64,000 nt of DNA from the human T2T-CHM13v2.0 reference genome, Homo sapiens: NCBI RefSeq assembly GCF_009914755.1, contig NC_060940.1; one strand, given 5' to 3'. The notes beneath the pieces were generated by a model. It saw only the letters and a list, made by a program, of their open reading frames with translations. It made no database searches and was not told where the DNA came from. The translations under genes were made by a program, and so were the position numbers. Each line of letters opens with the position of its first letter. The first letter of the stretch is position 1. Positions 15,199-30,387 of the stretch are shown here, in pieces.

Positions 15199-16556
15199 AA
15201 GCCAGCTCCTCTCCCTGTCCCCATGAGCCTGCCCCCATGGCCACCCAGCGTCCACCCATAACCCATATGCTCCAGGCATTGCAGGGAGGCCCTGGCCACA
15301 GCTGGCGGGGAATCCTGCCTCCTTCCAGAGGGTTCTGATGCTCCATCCTCAGATGCAGACCCTCTGAAGGCTCTCTGCCCCAAGGAAACGTTTTTAGTTC
15401 CTTTAAGCTGTGGCTGCCAGGCCAGGTGGACTCGATTTGCTCTGTGACCCTGGGCAGGTGCTTTTGGTTCTCTGAGCTCTGCCCACTGCCTGCCCCAACA
15501 GCCATGAGGGTCTCTGCTCTGCTGCCCCAGGTTGGCCACGAGCTTCCATGAGAGACTGCTTATGCCCTGCTCTGAGACAGGCCAGCTCTCCTCCTCCTCA
15601 TGTCATCGCCATGATTACCATCAACCCTAACGCCCCCCACGCCTCTCCATCAGACCTGAGCTCCACAGTCCACTGGGCTGTGTGTGCTCCAGGCCATGGC
15701 GGCCACCCCCGGCTTCAGGGCACTCATGGAGACCACCATCAGACTAGCGGGGCTGGGGCTGGACACAGCCTTGCAGACACAGGGCAGAGCTCAGAGCCCT
15801 GGGACAGCCTGAGGCCTGTGGTTGAAGGGCTTGTGTTCAGGATGGAACAGGGGATGCCACCACCCACAGCCCCTGAACTCTGCTCACAACTAGAACCCAT
15901 CACAGGCCTGGCACATAGTAGGCTGTCCTTAACTATGTATTGAATGAATGAATGAATGAATGCCTGTCCACCGCATGCCTCTCTAGAGGCCATGAAGTGA
16001 AGAAAGAACAGATCCTGCCTCCAGCCCCTTCCTGGTCTCAGTCCTCTGTCCCCGATTCCTGGCTCAGGGCTGGGATAAAGGGCATCATATGCCTCCCCAA
16101 CCCAGCTGCAGGTGACAGGGACCCCCTCCAGCTCAAGGGAGCTGGAGGCTGTGGAGCCTGGTTCTCCCAGTGAGACCCCACCCCTCTCCCTTCAGCTTGG
16201 CCAAACCCATTTGCCAGGGGATGGGGGAAGCTCTCTGGGCATTACCAGCAGGAAGGAGAGCTCATCTGACTTAGCCCTGGGACTGTTTTCCCTGGATAGA
16301 AGCTGGACACTGGGCTCCGGGGGCCTCCAGCCACCATCTGGCTCTGGGCCAGGCTCTGGCTACCTGGCTACCTGAACAGAGGTAGGGCCTGCAGAGCATG
16401 GGGCTCTCTCAGCTCCAGCCCAGGAGACCCTAACTGCCCCCTGTGTGAGTCCAGGTCTGGCCAGGGACAGCCCCCCTGCCCACATACAGTCAGACCCAAG
16501 GACACCAAGCAACCCTTCCTAATATGTACATGGGGACTCAGTAATGTGTCACTTAC

Positions 16557-16593
16557 TGGTCTGCACATCACATATCCCAGGGGAGTCAGGCTC
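16557..16593 (-). CDS. CNGB1: CNGB1 exon 12 (EPDSPGICDVQT), c.838-874
   Basis: ctccatgcag|gagcct ... gacca|gtaagt. Confidence 0.95.
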
Positions 16594-17666
16594 CTGCATG
16601 GAGAGAGAAAAAAGGGAAAATCCTGCCACGGCCTCTTCACCAGCCTCCCCGTTTCAGCCACACCTTCTAGCACGTGACCTTGACCCACCTCTCCGGGCCT
16701 TAGTTGTCCCATGGGATGGAGAAGAGAGTCCCTGCTGTGCCCAGGGCCAATGAAGGATTTGAGGTGGGGGGAGGGGGCTTTGAGAGCTCGAGCCTTGGCT
16801 CAAGTGAAGCAAGGTGGGGGTGACCCCAGACAGCCACAGCAGCGGCACCTGCTCAGAGGAGCCAGGCCGAGCTCTTGAGTGACACAAAGGCCCAGGACCT
16901 GGCCAGGCCTTCCTCTCTCTGGGGCCTAGACAGCTTTGTTTACGGAACTCTTTACCTCCATTCTCACAGCCCTGGGTATGAGAATGCAGGTAAAGAGTTC
17001 TGTAAACAACTGACCATTGGTCAGCTGGGACAACTGCAGTTCTGAGAGGGCCAGAGCTGAGGCCACACAGCCAGGAGAGAGATTAGGCCTCCCACCTCCC
17101 AGTTCCAGGTGCTTCTATAAAGACGTCCAATTGCACCCAAGAAAAAAGGGCCAGGTTCCCGGTTCTTGAGGAAGGAAAAGAAGGGGTGACAGAGCTCATG
17201 AGCGCTCCCCCTGGCCACTCATGTTGGAGCCCTAGGCTATCAGGAATGCACATAGGGCTGCCGGCTCCTGTGAGCCTTACTTCTTCCCAGAATCTAGGTA
17301 TCTCTCATTTCTGGACCTTTGCACATGCTTGGAGGCCACCTCCACTGGGAAGCCCTTCTTGATGCTCCCAGGAGGCTCCACTTCTGTGCCCCATATCCTC
17401 TCTGCTCCCCCACGGAAGCACCTCCCCCGCTGACTGTGAACTCCTGGCAGGTGGGGCTGGGCCAGCATGTCTCAGGGAGTGGGTGGAATGAACGTGGGCC
17501 ATGCAGACAGGAAGGCTGGGGGAGCTGGGCTTCTGCCACAGGGTCCCTTCTTCCTACTGTGCCTTCACACCCCAGGGACACAGGCCAACCATCCTCCTCC
17601 TTACCCAAGTTCCCAAGACCCCTCCCACCACCACCAGGGCCACCACTCCATGAGCCCAGCACTGAC

Positions 17667-17742
17667 CTGTTCCCCTATTTTCCCATGTAGCACTGGCTGC
17701 GGCAAGGCCATCTCCAGCCTGTGCAGGACCCATGCCACCAGC
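17667..17742 (-). CDS. CNGB1: CNGB1 exon 11 (GARP repeat R4 [16 protein letters not shown]), c.762-837
   Basis: cacctgcag|gctg ... gaacag|gtcagt. Confidence 0.95.
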
Positions 17743-18587
17743 CTGCAGGTGGGAGAGAGTGTGCGGTGTCCAGGTGGGAAGGGTCATGGGTAAACTGAGG
17801 CTGGAGTCAGCTCGTTCCCAAGGCAGAAAACAAGCCTGCCAAAAGGCAGAGCCTGCCAGGAGCCAGAGCCCAGGTCTCCAGCCCTGAAGACCATTCTCCC
17901 CCCTCTCCACCCTCCCTCGGTGCTCTGGCTATTGTTCAGGCCCTAGCAGGTAGCTCGGCCTCCCCCCACCCTCCCACCCGTTCTCGGAAGGGAGTGCACT
18001 TTGGGCATCTCACACATGGAATGTGGCAATACCTGTCCCGATTTCCTTCCCTCCTTCCCTTCTTTTTTCTCCCATCTTTCTTTCTTGACTTGGTGGCCCA
18101 GGCTGATGTGATCATATCTCACTCCTGTCTCAGCCCCCTGAGTAGTTGGGACTACAGGCACATGCCATCATGCCCAGCTTTTTTTTTTTTTTTTTTTTAA
18201 TTTTTTGTAGAGATGGAGTCTTTCTATATTGCCCAGGCTGGTCTCGAACTCCTGCTGCCATGGCTTCCCAAAGTACCGGGATTACAAGCATGAGCCACTG
18301 CACCCAGCCTGTATCCCATTTTAAATATATGTATCCTTTGGCCCAGGAACTCCATTTCCACTTATTTATCCTCCAGATTTACTTGTGCGTGAACCCAATG
18401 ATGCATGCACGGGTTATTGACTGTGGCAAAAGAGTGAAAACAAATGTAAATGTCCACTGAGTGGTTAAATAAAAACTGGTGCATCCATTTAATGCAGCTG
18501 TTCAAGAAAGAATGCAGTAAGACCTGTGTGAATAAAAGCACTTCTAAGACACATTTTTCAGGTTAAGAAAAAAAAAAAAGAGGAAGC

Positions 18588-18923
<336 letters not shown>

Positions 18924-19144
18924 TCAGGTGTGTGTTGAAGAAAAGAAAAGTACCCAAAGCTTGAAAGCTTGGACGTGCATAGAAAATGTGGGAAAGGGCA
19001 CGAAGCTGATGTGGCTGCCTTGGGAAGGAGGCTGCACACATCCAGTTGAATTTTCTTCCAGGTTTCCAGGAGGTTGGGTGTTAGGCGGGGACAAGGTGCT
19101 CATCCTGCTCCCTGGTGGGAGGCGCTGCATTGAGGGTGGCTCAC

Positions 19145-19322
19145 CTGGCAGGGTCCCTGGTTGGTGGCAGGGAGGAGGTCTGGGCCTGGGAGCCGGGCTG
19201 GGGCTCTGGAGCTGGTGCCTCCTTGGGTTCCTCCTTGGGCTGCAGGGGGATGGGTGTGGGCAGGGAGGGGGTCTCCCGGGCCTGCAGCTTGGGCCCCATT
19301 TCCTGGGGGCGTCCTGGAGGCG
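19145..19322 (-). CDS. CNGB1: CNGB1 exon 10 ([13 protein letters not shown]...TRDPAR), c.584-761
   Basis: ctgcttag|cgcc ... gccag|gtgagc; matches ORF 19141..19392. Confidence 0.95.
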
Positions 19323-19738
19323 CTAAGCAGCGGGGAAAGCAGGAGCTAGAGACGCCATCCCTTGAGGGCTTCCTCCAACCCCTCAAGGGCACGGGGCCAG
19401 ATTCGAGTCGCTAACAGGACTGAATGGGGAGCCCTTTGGGACCACCTCACCCATCCCAATCCTCAAACAGACCAGACAGACAAGGGAACTGAGACCCAGG
19501 GAGGGGAAGAGACTTACCCAAGACCCACAAGTCTGTTCCAGGACACTGGCTTCCCAGCCTGGACTGGGGAGGGGATTCTGGTGTCCCCGCCAACAGCCTG
19601 CTCCAGGCAAGCCCTGAACCCCGTCCTAGTCTGGGTGGGGGCTAAGGGCCTCTGGGGGATCCTCCAGGGCCCAGTTGATCCCTGAGCCCAGCCCGTGACC
19701 ATCCCAGGCAGCCCCCTCCCGAGCTCCCCTCCCTGTAC

Positions 19739-19787
19739 CTGGGTCTGAGGCAGCACCTGTAGCAACTGCAGGCTCATCTCTCCAGAC
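19739..19787 (-). CDS. CNGB1: CNGB1 exon 9 (VWRDEPAVATGAASDP), c.535-583; alternative donor after 19757 removes 18 nt
   Basis: tcacccag|gtctgg ... cccag|gtacag; internal acag|gtgctg. Confidence 0.93.
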
Positions 19788-19988
19788 CTGGGTGACAAAC
19801 AGGGCGCAAGGTCATGGGCCATAGCAAGCTCTGTGCGCTTCCCCAACCGCCACTACCAGCTGTGTCCTGGCCCAAGGCGGGTGAGCCGGGGATGGGGGTG
19901 GGGGGTGTCTCTCCTTCTGAATCCCGGCCCCCTCTCACAGTCACTCCTCCCCATAGAGGACTCTCCAAAGTGGGGCATCGCCCCCTCA

Positions 19989-20558
<570 letters not shown>

Positions 20559-21057
20559 TCATACTCTGCTGTCACAGTCTGAAAACATTTTAAACAAACT
20601 TTTAAGGGGCCTGCATTTGCATTTTGCCCTGGGCCCCACAAATTATGTGGCTGGTCCTAAGATCAAGCATTGGATCCCAAATCCATCTGGCCTCTGGGAA
20701 GCTCCACTCTCTTCAGAGAAGCACCATGTTCCCAGGACAACCGGTTCCCCCAAGTATGGCCCAAAAGAAGGCTGGTGAGTCCTCTAGGTGCCCTCATCCT
20801 AAATTGCTTTAGTGGTCCCAGGAATCAGCTGCATATGTCTCAGAAGGAAGTAGAGGACCAAAAGACACAGAGAGAGAGCTGCAGCAAGGAATGAATGAAT
20901 GAATGAATGAATGAATGAATGAATGAGTGAATGAAGTGTGTGATTATATATACGTGTGTTCATTCATGCATTCATTTGTCCCATGTGTGCTGAGTCCTCA
21001 CTCTGTGGCAGGTGCTGTGCTGGGCACCAAGGGTTCAGTAGTGACCAGGACAAAAGC

Positions 21058-21187
21058 CCCTGCCCTCAAGGAGCCAGCAGTCTAATGAATGAATGAGTGA
21101 AGGAACGAATGAATGGGGTGAATGGAAATGAATGCATGTCTCTGGATTTCCAGCAGAAACTACAAACTGGGAGCTTCAAGCTTACTT
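21058..21187 (+). repeat. Copy 1 of a ~130-bp direct repeat (copy 2 at 23046-23201)
   Basis: Shared ccctgccctcaagg..cagtctaatgaatg..ctggatttccagcagaaa..ctgggagcttca.gcttactt. Confidence 0.9.
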
Positions 21188-21821
21188 TGGAAGTCTACAG
21201 TGTCCTGAAAACTTCTTGACTAAAAATTGAGGGTTTTACATAAAAAGCTAGATTTCTAGCTTCTCTGGAAAACCTGGAGGATCTGGCCACACAGGGCCTA
21301 AACGCCAGCAAGGAAGAGGCAGTTGAAACCAAGCAGGGCCCCTTCTCGGAGCTCCCTGGCTCCCCTCTTCGCCACAGTCCCCCTGCCAGTCTGCCACCCT
21401 TACTGATGGGGCAGCCACCCCTCCCTGAGTCAGCTCTGAGAACTCAGACACTGAGGCCAGCCCAGGCACCCTGATGTCCCCCACAGTGATCCAAGCCCTG
21501 CTTCCAGGCTCCACACGGAGCCTACCTACATGAAGCCCACCTGTGAGGAGCTCATCCCTGCCCCTCCCTATTCTCAGAGGGTGGCCCCACCCAGGGACCT
21601 CTCAGTCATCCCTGGGAACACCCAGGGACATCCCACCACAAACCATGAGCAGCACACGGTCCACTGTCCCCATTCTATGGCTGGAAACAGGCCCAGAAGA
21701 GACGGGAGGCATGTCCAAGGTCACACCCTGAGGTGGTAACAGACCCTGCTCCTGAAACCAAGGACCTGTTCCTCCCACCCACACATACAGACAACAGTGA
21801 CACTCAGGGATAGGGACTCAC

Positions 21822-21867
21822 CTAGTGTCTTGGGCCTCAAGGGCCTCATTGGGTTCATCTGTGCACC
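21822..21867 (-). CDS. CNGB1: CNGB1 exon 7 (CTDEPNEALEAQDT), c.413-458
   Basis: ccctgcag|ggtgc ... cactag|gtgagt. Confidence 0.95.
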
Positions 21868-22098
21868 CTGCAGGGTCAGAAAATACAGAAAGGCAGTCAG
21901 CAGCGGGAGACCTGCCCCAGCCCCCTGGGCAGCCTGGAGTGGGCACCGAGAGCTCAGCTCAACCCCAGGTTCAAAGCAGGGTCAGTCAGGTGAGAAGATC
22001 CAGCCTGGGCAGAGGCTCCCAAGGGGCAGGGCCCATCCCAGCAGCCCCTCAGCCCCTCAGCCCTGCTGCTGAAAAGCCATCCTGCCCCTTGTTCTTAC

Positions 22099-22129
22099 CT
22101 GTGTCCCCAGTGCTGCCATGCCCCAGGAT
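22099..22129 (-). CDS. CNGB1: CNGB1 exon 6 ([10 protein letters not shown]), c.382-412
   Basis: ctggcag|atcctg ... cacag|gtaaga. Confidence 0.95.
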
Positions 22130-22230
22130 CTGCCAGGGACAGACAGACAGACATGGGCAGGGAGCCCAAGGGCAGCCTCCCCACAGCCCCTCTCCAACCC
22201 GGCCCCTTCAGCCTCCAGCCCCAGCAGTAC

Positions 22231-22321
22231 CTGAGCCGGGTCCTCCGTGATGCTGTGAACAGGCTGCGGGATCACCTTCTCTACGCCCTTCATGAGCCAG
22301 GTCAGTACCCTGCGGCTGGGA
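22231..22321 (-). CDS. CNGB1: CNGB1 exon 5 (GARP repeat R2 [17 protein letters not shown]), c.291-381
   Basis: catcgcag|tccc ... gctcag|gtactg. Confidence 0.95.
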
Positions 22322-22366
22322 CTGCGATGGACAGAGACACCAGCCCGCCCTCAACTTCCCCTAGCT

Positions 22367-22438
22367 CAATGAGGCCCTCGAGGCCCAAGACACTAGGTGA
22401 GTCTCTGTCCCTGAGTGTCACTGTCATCTGTATGTGTG
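22367..22438 (+). repeat. Inverted copy of 21780-21851 (exon 7 3' part + donor + start of intron 7)
   Basis: 67/72 identity to the reverse complement, no gaps. Confidence 0.95.
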
Positions 22439-23045
22439 TGGTGTGGTTATTGGAAAGTACCTACATGTACCACTGGCCCAAGGCCAGTCCAGTGTCCAAA
22501 AGAACTTGGCTTGAATCCTAAACCACTGTCTCCCCACTGTGAGACTTCAGACCCATCACCTCCCCAAAAAGCTCCACGTCCTTCTCTGAAAAATAGGGGA
22601 TGCTGATGCTTCATGAGGCCAGGCAGACCGGGTGCCATTCAGAGCCCACCCTCCATGGGATGCTTAGGACAGAGCAGCTGACTTCCCTCTCCTCCTGCCT
22701 CCTGCTGTCCTGCTCTGAGCACACATCGTGCTCCCAAAGGGCCAAGGTTTGCTGCAGGTGTAATGCTGTGGCACAGGCTGAGCAGCCTAAATGTGAAGGT
22801 CACAGCCTCCCTGCCTGAGGCCAGCCCAGCCCCAGCCCTGCTCAGGCCCCAAGCACCATGGTCTGAAATGTCTGAGCCAACTGGGAGATTCCATGCAAAA
22901 GCCTGGATTTCTGGCTTTTCTGAGAAAAGCAGAAGCTCTGACCCCATTGGGCCTGCATCTCACCCAAGCACTGAGAAACGTCCGGCCCCCTGTACAGGGG
23001 CGCTCACTATGCAGCTCTGACCCACTGTTTCTTTTGGTCACATTG

Positions 23046-23201
23046 CCCTGCCCTCAAGGGGCTAACAGTCTAATGAATGAATGAGTGAATTAACAGTCTA
23101 ATGAATGAATGAGTGAAGGAATGAATGAATAGGGTGAATGGAGATGAATGCATGACTGGATTTCCAGCAGAAATTACAAACTGGGAGCTTCAGGCTTACT
23201 T
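23046..23201 (+). repeat. Copy 2 of the ~130-bp direct repeat, with an internal 28-bp tandem duplication
   Basis: See 21058-21187; taacagtctaatgaatgaatgagtgaa at 23063 and 23091. Confidence 0.9.
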
Positions 23202-23286
23202 AGGGAGAGCCCGCCCTCCACCTGAAGCTCACTTCAGCCAATTCCCAGGATGTCCCAGGGCTTTCCCCAGAATGACAGCAGAGCTA

Positions 23287-23481
<195 letters not shown>

Positions 23482-23743
23482 TCAGATCTAGGGCCTCAGA
23501 CAGGCCCATTTCTACCCTGCTTGGGGAGATCAAGTCAGGGGAGAGGAGAGAGACCCCCAGGGGTCAGAAAGCCAGGCTCCAGCTCAGCTCAACTGAAGTC
23601 TCTGGGAGCCCACCCTTAGCTTCTCTGAGTCTCAGTTTCCTCATCTGTGAAATGGGTCCGCCAGCCTCGTGGGCTCTGCGGCTCCGAGGGGAGAATGCGG
23701 GCCCCCCTGCCATGCCAGCCTGGGCTTCAGCACTCGCACTCAC

Positions 23744-23801
23744 CCTGAGGGCTTGGGTCTGCCACAGCCACTTCCTCCTCCTTGAATGACTCTTCGGGGG
23801 G
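23744..23801 (-). CDS. CNGB1: CNGB1 exon 3 (PPEESFKEEEVAVADPSPQ), c.160-217
   Basis: ccctctag|cccccc ... cagg|gtgagt. Confidence 0.95.
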
Positions 23802-24309
23802 CTAGAGGGTTCGAACAGGATCATGTAAGTCCTAGGTGAGACCAGCCTGGTTTGGACAGGGGCAGCCTGATTCTCCCTCAAGGGATCCCTGCCCCACAAA
23901 AGACCTGAACGACTCTTTCCTCAGGATCATCTCTGTAAATCCTGTTGGCCTTACCTTCCACCTGGGATACTCCCTTCCTCCTAGCCCCAGGGACCCCTCA
24001 TCTGGGGCTGGGGGCCCTCACAGCCCCCAAGGTCCAAGGTGGCCTCCAAGCCTCCCAGGCCTACAACATCCCCAGGAGGCTGCCCCACTTCAGTGGCCTG
24101 AGAGGAGAAAGGACCATTTAGAGATAGTTATGAAGCCTTGGGGCTGGCTGAGGGGAAGAGGGAGGTGAGAGGAGCCCACGCCCCTCATCCTCTGCCAGTG
24201 CTCTCCCTCTCCTTCTGGCCCAAACTTTCCATTCCTCCCTAGTAGCTAGGTGGAGTTTGGTCTCTGCCATCTGCCTTTCACCTGCCTCTGCAGCCACACC
24301 TCCTGCTAC

Positions 24310-25255
24310 TACGTGCACTTATGTGTATGTACAAACAAATATACATGCACATACATACACAGACACATAAATGTGTGCATACTCTCATGCACATACATAC
24401 ATGAACAGACATACAATGTGAGCATATATACACATACATATGCATGTATACAATGACACACAAATACCAACATGCATATATACACACATGCACAGACACA
24501 AAAATAAGTGCATGTGCACACACGTACAGGCAAAAACATATGTACATATACATGTGTATGTACATATGCATGCATGCCCCAACACATATATGTGCATACA
24601 GTCATATGCAAACGTGCATATACACACATGCATTCATACAGATACATACATGCGTATAACTGCCTGTGTACAGACACACAACATGCACATATGCATAGGT
24701 ACATTGCAGATGTATACAGGTGCAGAAATATGAGTATACACACATATACTCAGTCACACACATGTGCATATTTGCACATACACAGAAGCATGTCCATATG
24801 GACATGCATATACACACAGATTTCTGCACCTAAATATACATGAACATCCATGCACAGACACAAAATATGTATATATACACATGTGGAGACAGGCAAATAT
24901 GTGTATATACACATACACATGACACATTCACAGATGCACAAACATGCAGATACATAGAAATACATGAGTACACTCACATACTCAGAAATATGTAGACACA
25001 TACACACACATACACACTAGCATGTCACACAAGCACATGGAACCACAGACATACTAATACATGTGCACATAAACATATGTGCAAACACATATACATGCAT
25101 TCATGTACATATACATGTTCACATACATTGACATGTATACCCATTGTGCAAATACATGTGTGCACACACAGACATACCAAGGGCACACTACACACATATA
25201 TGTACATATACGTGTATATACATGCAACATATACACATGCATACGCACACCCTAT
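24310..25255. repeat. ~950-bp degenerate (CA/TA)n low-complexity tract
   Basis: Continuous acacat/atacat/catgca units. Confidence 0.9.
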
Positions 25256-25719
25256 ACCTGTTTCCTAAACACACCCTGCCCTTCTCTAGTAACAGCCTTT
25301 CCTCTGCCAGGAATGCCCAGCCTCTCCATCTCCCTCAGTTAAAATTCTGCTCCACCCTCTGCGTCTAAGAAGCTCTCCCCCATCAGCCTCCAATCTCCAA
25401 AGTTAAGATGACTCTCCCTCTTCTGAGCTCCCATAGTTTGGTCTGACACACTTATTTGGCTCCCCAAGAAGGGGAGAGTTGAGGCCAATGTTGAGACTCA
25501 CCACGTTCCCTCCTCTCCACCTGTGTCTCTTGGCAGAATGAACTGGCTGGGCTCTTGTCTGCTGAGTCCCCGGGGCAATGCCTATTCATCTTTATGCTTT
25601 CAGCACTGACCACAGGGCCTGGCATCAATTAGAAGCTAAATCAAATGTGTCGAATTGAGCTGCTGAATTAGTTGTCATCCAGCTCCTGAATGGATGGGTT
25701 GCAGAGGAAAAGTTCTGGA

Positions 25720-26200
25720 GAAATACTCCACAGTGTGGTCCATGGATCTGTGCCAGTCTGCAAACTGTTACTGGTCCATGATGATTAAGCAGTTTGCACC
25801 AGAATGTTTATCAATGCACTGCTTCCTTCATTGAGAAAGTCTTGGTACAAAATAAATAGCAACTAAACTAATCAGTGTACTTAGCTACAGAGTAGATTTA
25901 CATTCTGGTACAAACTGTTTAATCATCATGGACTAGTAATAAACAGTTCATGGACTGGCTCCTGTGAGTAGCTCTGTTCTGAACTCTAGAGGTTGGCAAA
26001 ATACGACCTGTGGGCCAAATCTAGGCTATTGCTTGTTTTTATAAATAAAATTTTATTGGAACCCAGCTATGCTCATTCATTCATGCATTACCTATAACTG
26101 TTTTCACACTATAATGGCAGAGTTGAGTAATTAGCAGAGATAGCATCACTCACAAAGCCTAAAATATTTACTATCTATCCTTTTACAGAAAATGTTAGCC
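25720..26200. mobile_element. hAT-Charlie-type DNA transposon remnants (including a MER58-like piece at about 25988-26200)
   Basis: tactccacagtgtggtcc...; ggttggcaaaatacgacctgtgggccaaatc..aaaatatttactatct..ttttacagaaaa. Confidence 0.6.
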
Positions 26201-26241
26201 TTGGGCAAGCCCTACCCACTGTCTGAACCTGAGTTTTCTCA

Positions 26242-26595
<354 letters not shown>

Positions 26596-26677
26596 TCACA
26601 GTAGCTCCCGCCACTTATGGGCCACTCTTATGAGTTGTACATTTCCTTTTCCTTCATCAACTTTAAAAACATTTCGA

Positions 26678-28866
<2,189 letters not shown>

Positions 28867-30313
28867 GAAATAAAATGCTTATAGTGCTATATTTTAAAAA
28901 AAGAAAGAAAGAAAAAGATAAAATGCCAGGTAAGACTTTTTTCATGATATACTGTGTTATTTCAGTCCTACCTTAAGTACAGGTTGTTTCTGGTTGATTT
29001 CTCCTTGGGGAATGGGGAGCCCCAGCCCTTATGACTGAACCCCTGCAGGATGGCCTGGCCAGTGCGCAGCGTGCAGGTCAGTGTGTGCTAACCCCTAGCC
29101 CTAGATGTGTTCTTGCCCCACATGAGTGTGCCCCACCCCTCTCCCAGCCATGGGCAACCCGGGCTTTGGCAGAGGGTCTGTATGCCCCTTTCTGCCAGGG
29201 ACCCTGGCCCCAGCTGAAGAGGGCAGCCCAGGCCCAGGATCCTTGCCCCCAAGCCCAGCTCCCCAGAGCCCACGGCTGTGCTGCCTGTCCTCTACTTACA
29301 GCCCTGACCTCTGTTCCCACTCTGGCATCAGCAGCCCAGCCTCTCCCACGAGAGGCTGTGGTGGGAACACAGCTCTAAGTGTCAGATCCCTGGCTCAGCC
29401 TCCCAAAAAATGAACTTGGGCCAGACATGACCCCTCTGGTCTTCCATTTCCCTGAAGGTGGGGGCACAGACACAATGTTTTCCCAGGTCGGGACTGCCAG
29501 AGCTCACATGTTGGGATAGCAGATTTCACTGACCCCAGCCAGCCCCAGGCAGCCCCGAGAGCCAGGGCTGAGCTAAGTGCATTCTACCCATGATCATACT
29601 CATCCTCGCTCTCACCACCACGCCCCGCCCAGCCCCTGCACTCAGTAAAATAAGAATTTTCATTATGTAGCACAGAAAGGTCAACAGAATCGCCTGAAGC
29701 AGCACAGCCAGCAGTGGCCAACTTGAGTTTACACTCAGGTCTGCCCGATTCCAGCTGCCCCACATGTATTCCCAGGTAGTCGTGGCATTTGCCGAGTGTT
29801 GGCCTCTTCCGCGGGCCAGGCCTGTAGACCCTTCCCAGCAGGCAGCAATTCTCGCTTGCATTTCTAAACCTTCTGGAAATGACTAAGGAAGCCTCCCCGA
29901 TCCCCCATTTTTCTTTTTCCTCCTAAATGAGAATTTTTGCAGGTCCCTCCCATCTTTCACCCGTGTCCCTGCTGACTGCACTTTGATGAGGGAGGCTCAG
30001 GTGGGAAGGGGGACCCACGAGTGGCAGCTCGGGGAGCCATGGTGTTGCACCACCAGCATTTCCAGAGTCTTCTGGAGAGCTAGTGAAAATATAGATTCCT
30101 AGGTCCCCCAAGTCCTCCTGGGGGACCTAGGAATTTGCATTGTACAAGCTGTCCTGAAAATTCTGATGCCCGCTAAAGTCCAAGCTCCACCAGATAGAGG
30201 GAAGCCACAGGTTTCCCACCGTGCCAGTTTGGTCCTACCTAAATGCCTTTCTAGAGGGAGAACATGGGGATCCCCTCGGGGTCCCACCGAGCCTCCACCT
30301 CACCCTGAGTTAC

Positions 30314-30382
30314 CTGCTTAGATGCCAACCGCCAGCCAGGAATTGCCTTCTTGCTGCCACTCGTAGCTGGCCCCTCAGACAC
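30314..30382 (-). other. CNGB1: CNGB1 exon 1 (non-coding 5'UTR); TSS approximate
   Basis: ...gcggttggcatctaagcag|gtaact donor; joins exon 2 gcatcaggATG; matches the remembered mRNA 5' end. Confidence 0.8.
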
Positions 30383-30387
30383 AAGGA

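Noticed and set aside
24250-25368. His/Thr/Cys/Val-rich ORFs (also 5902-6484)
   Set aside because: Translations of (CA/TG)n low-complexity DNA
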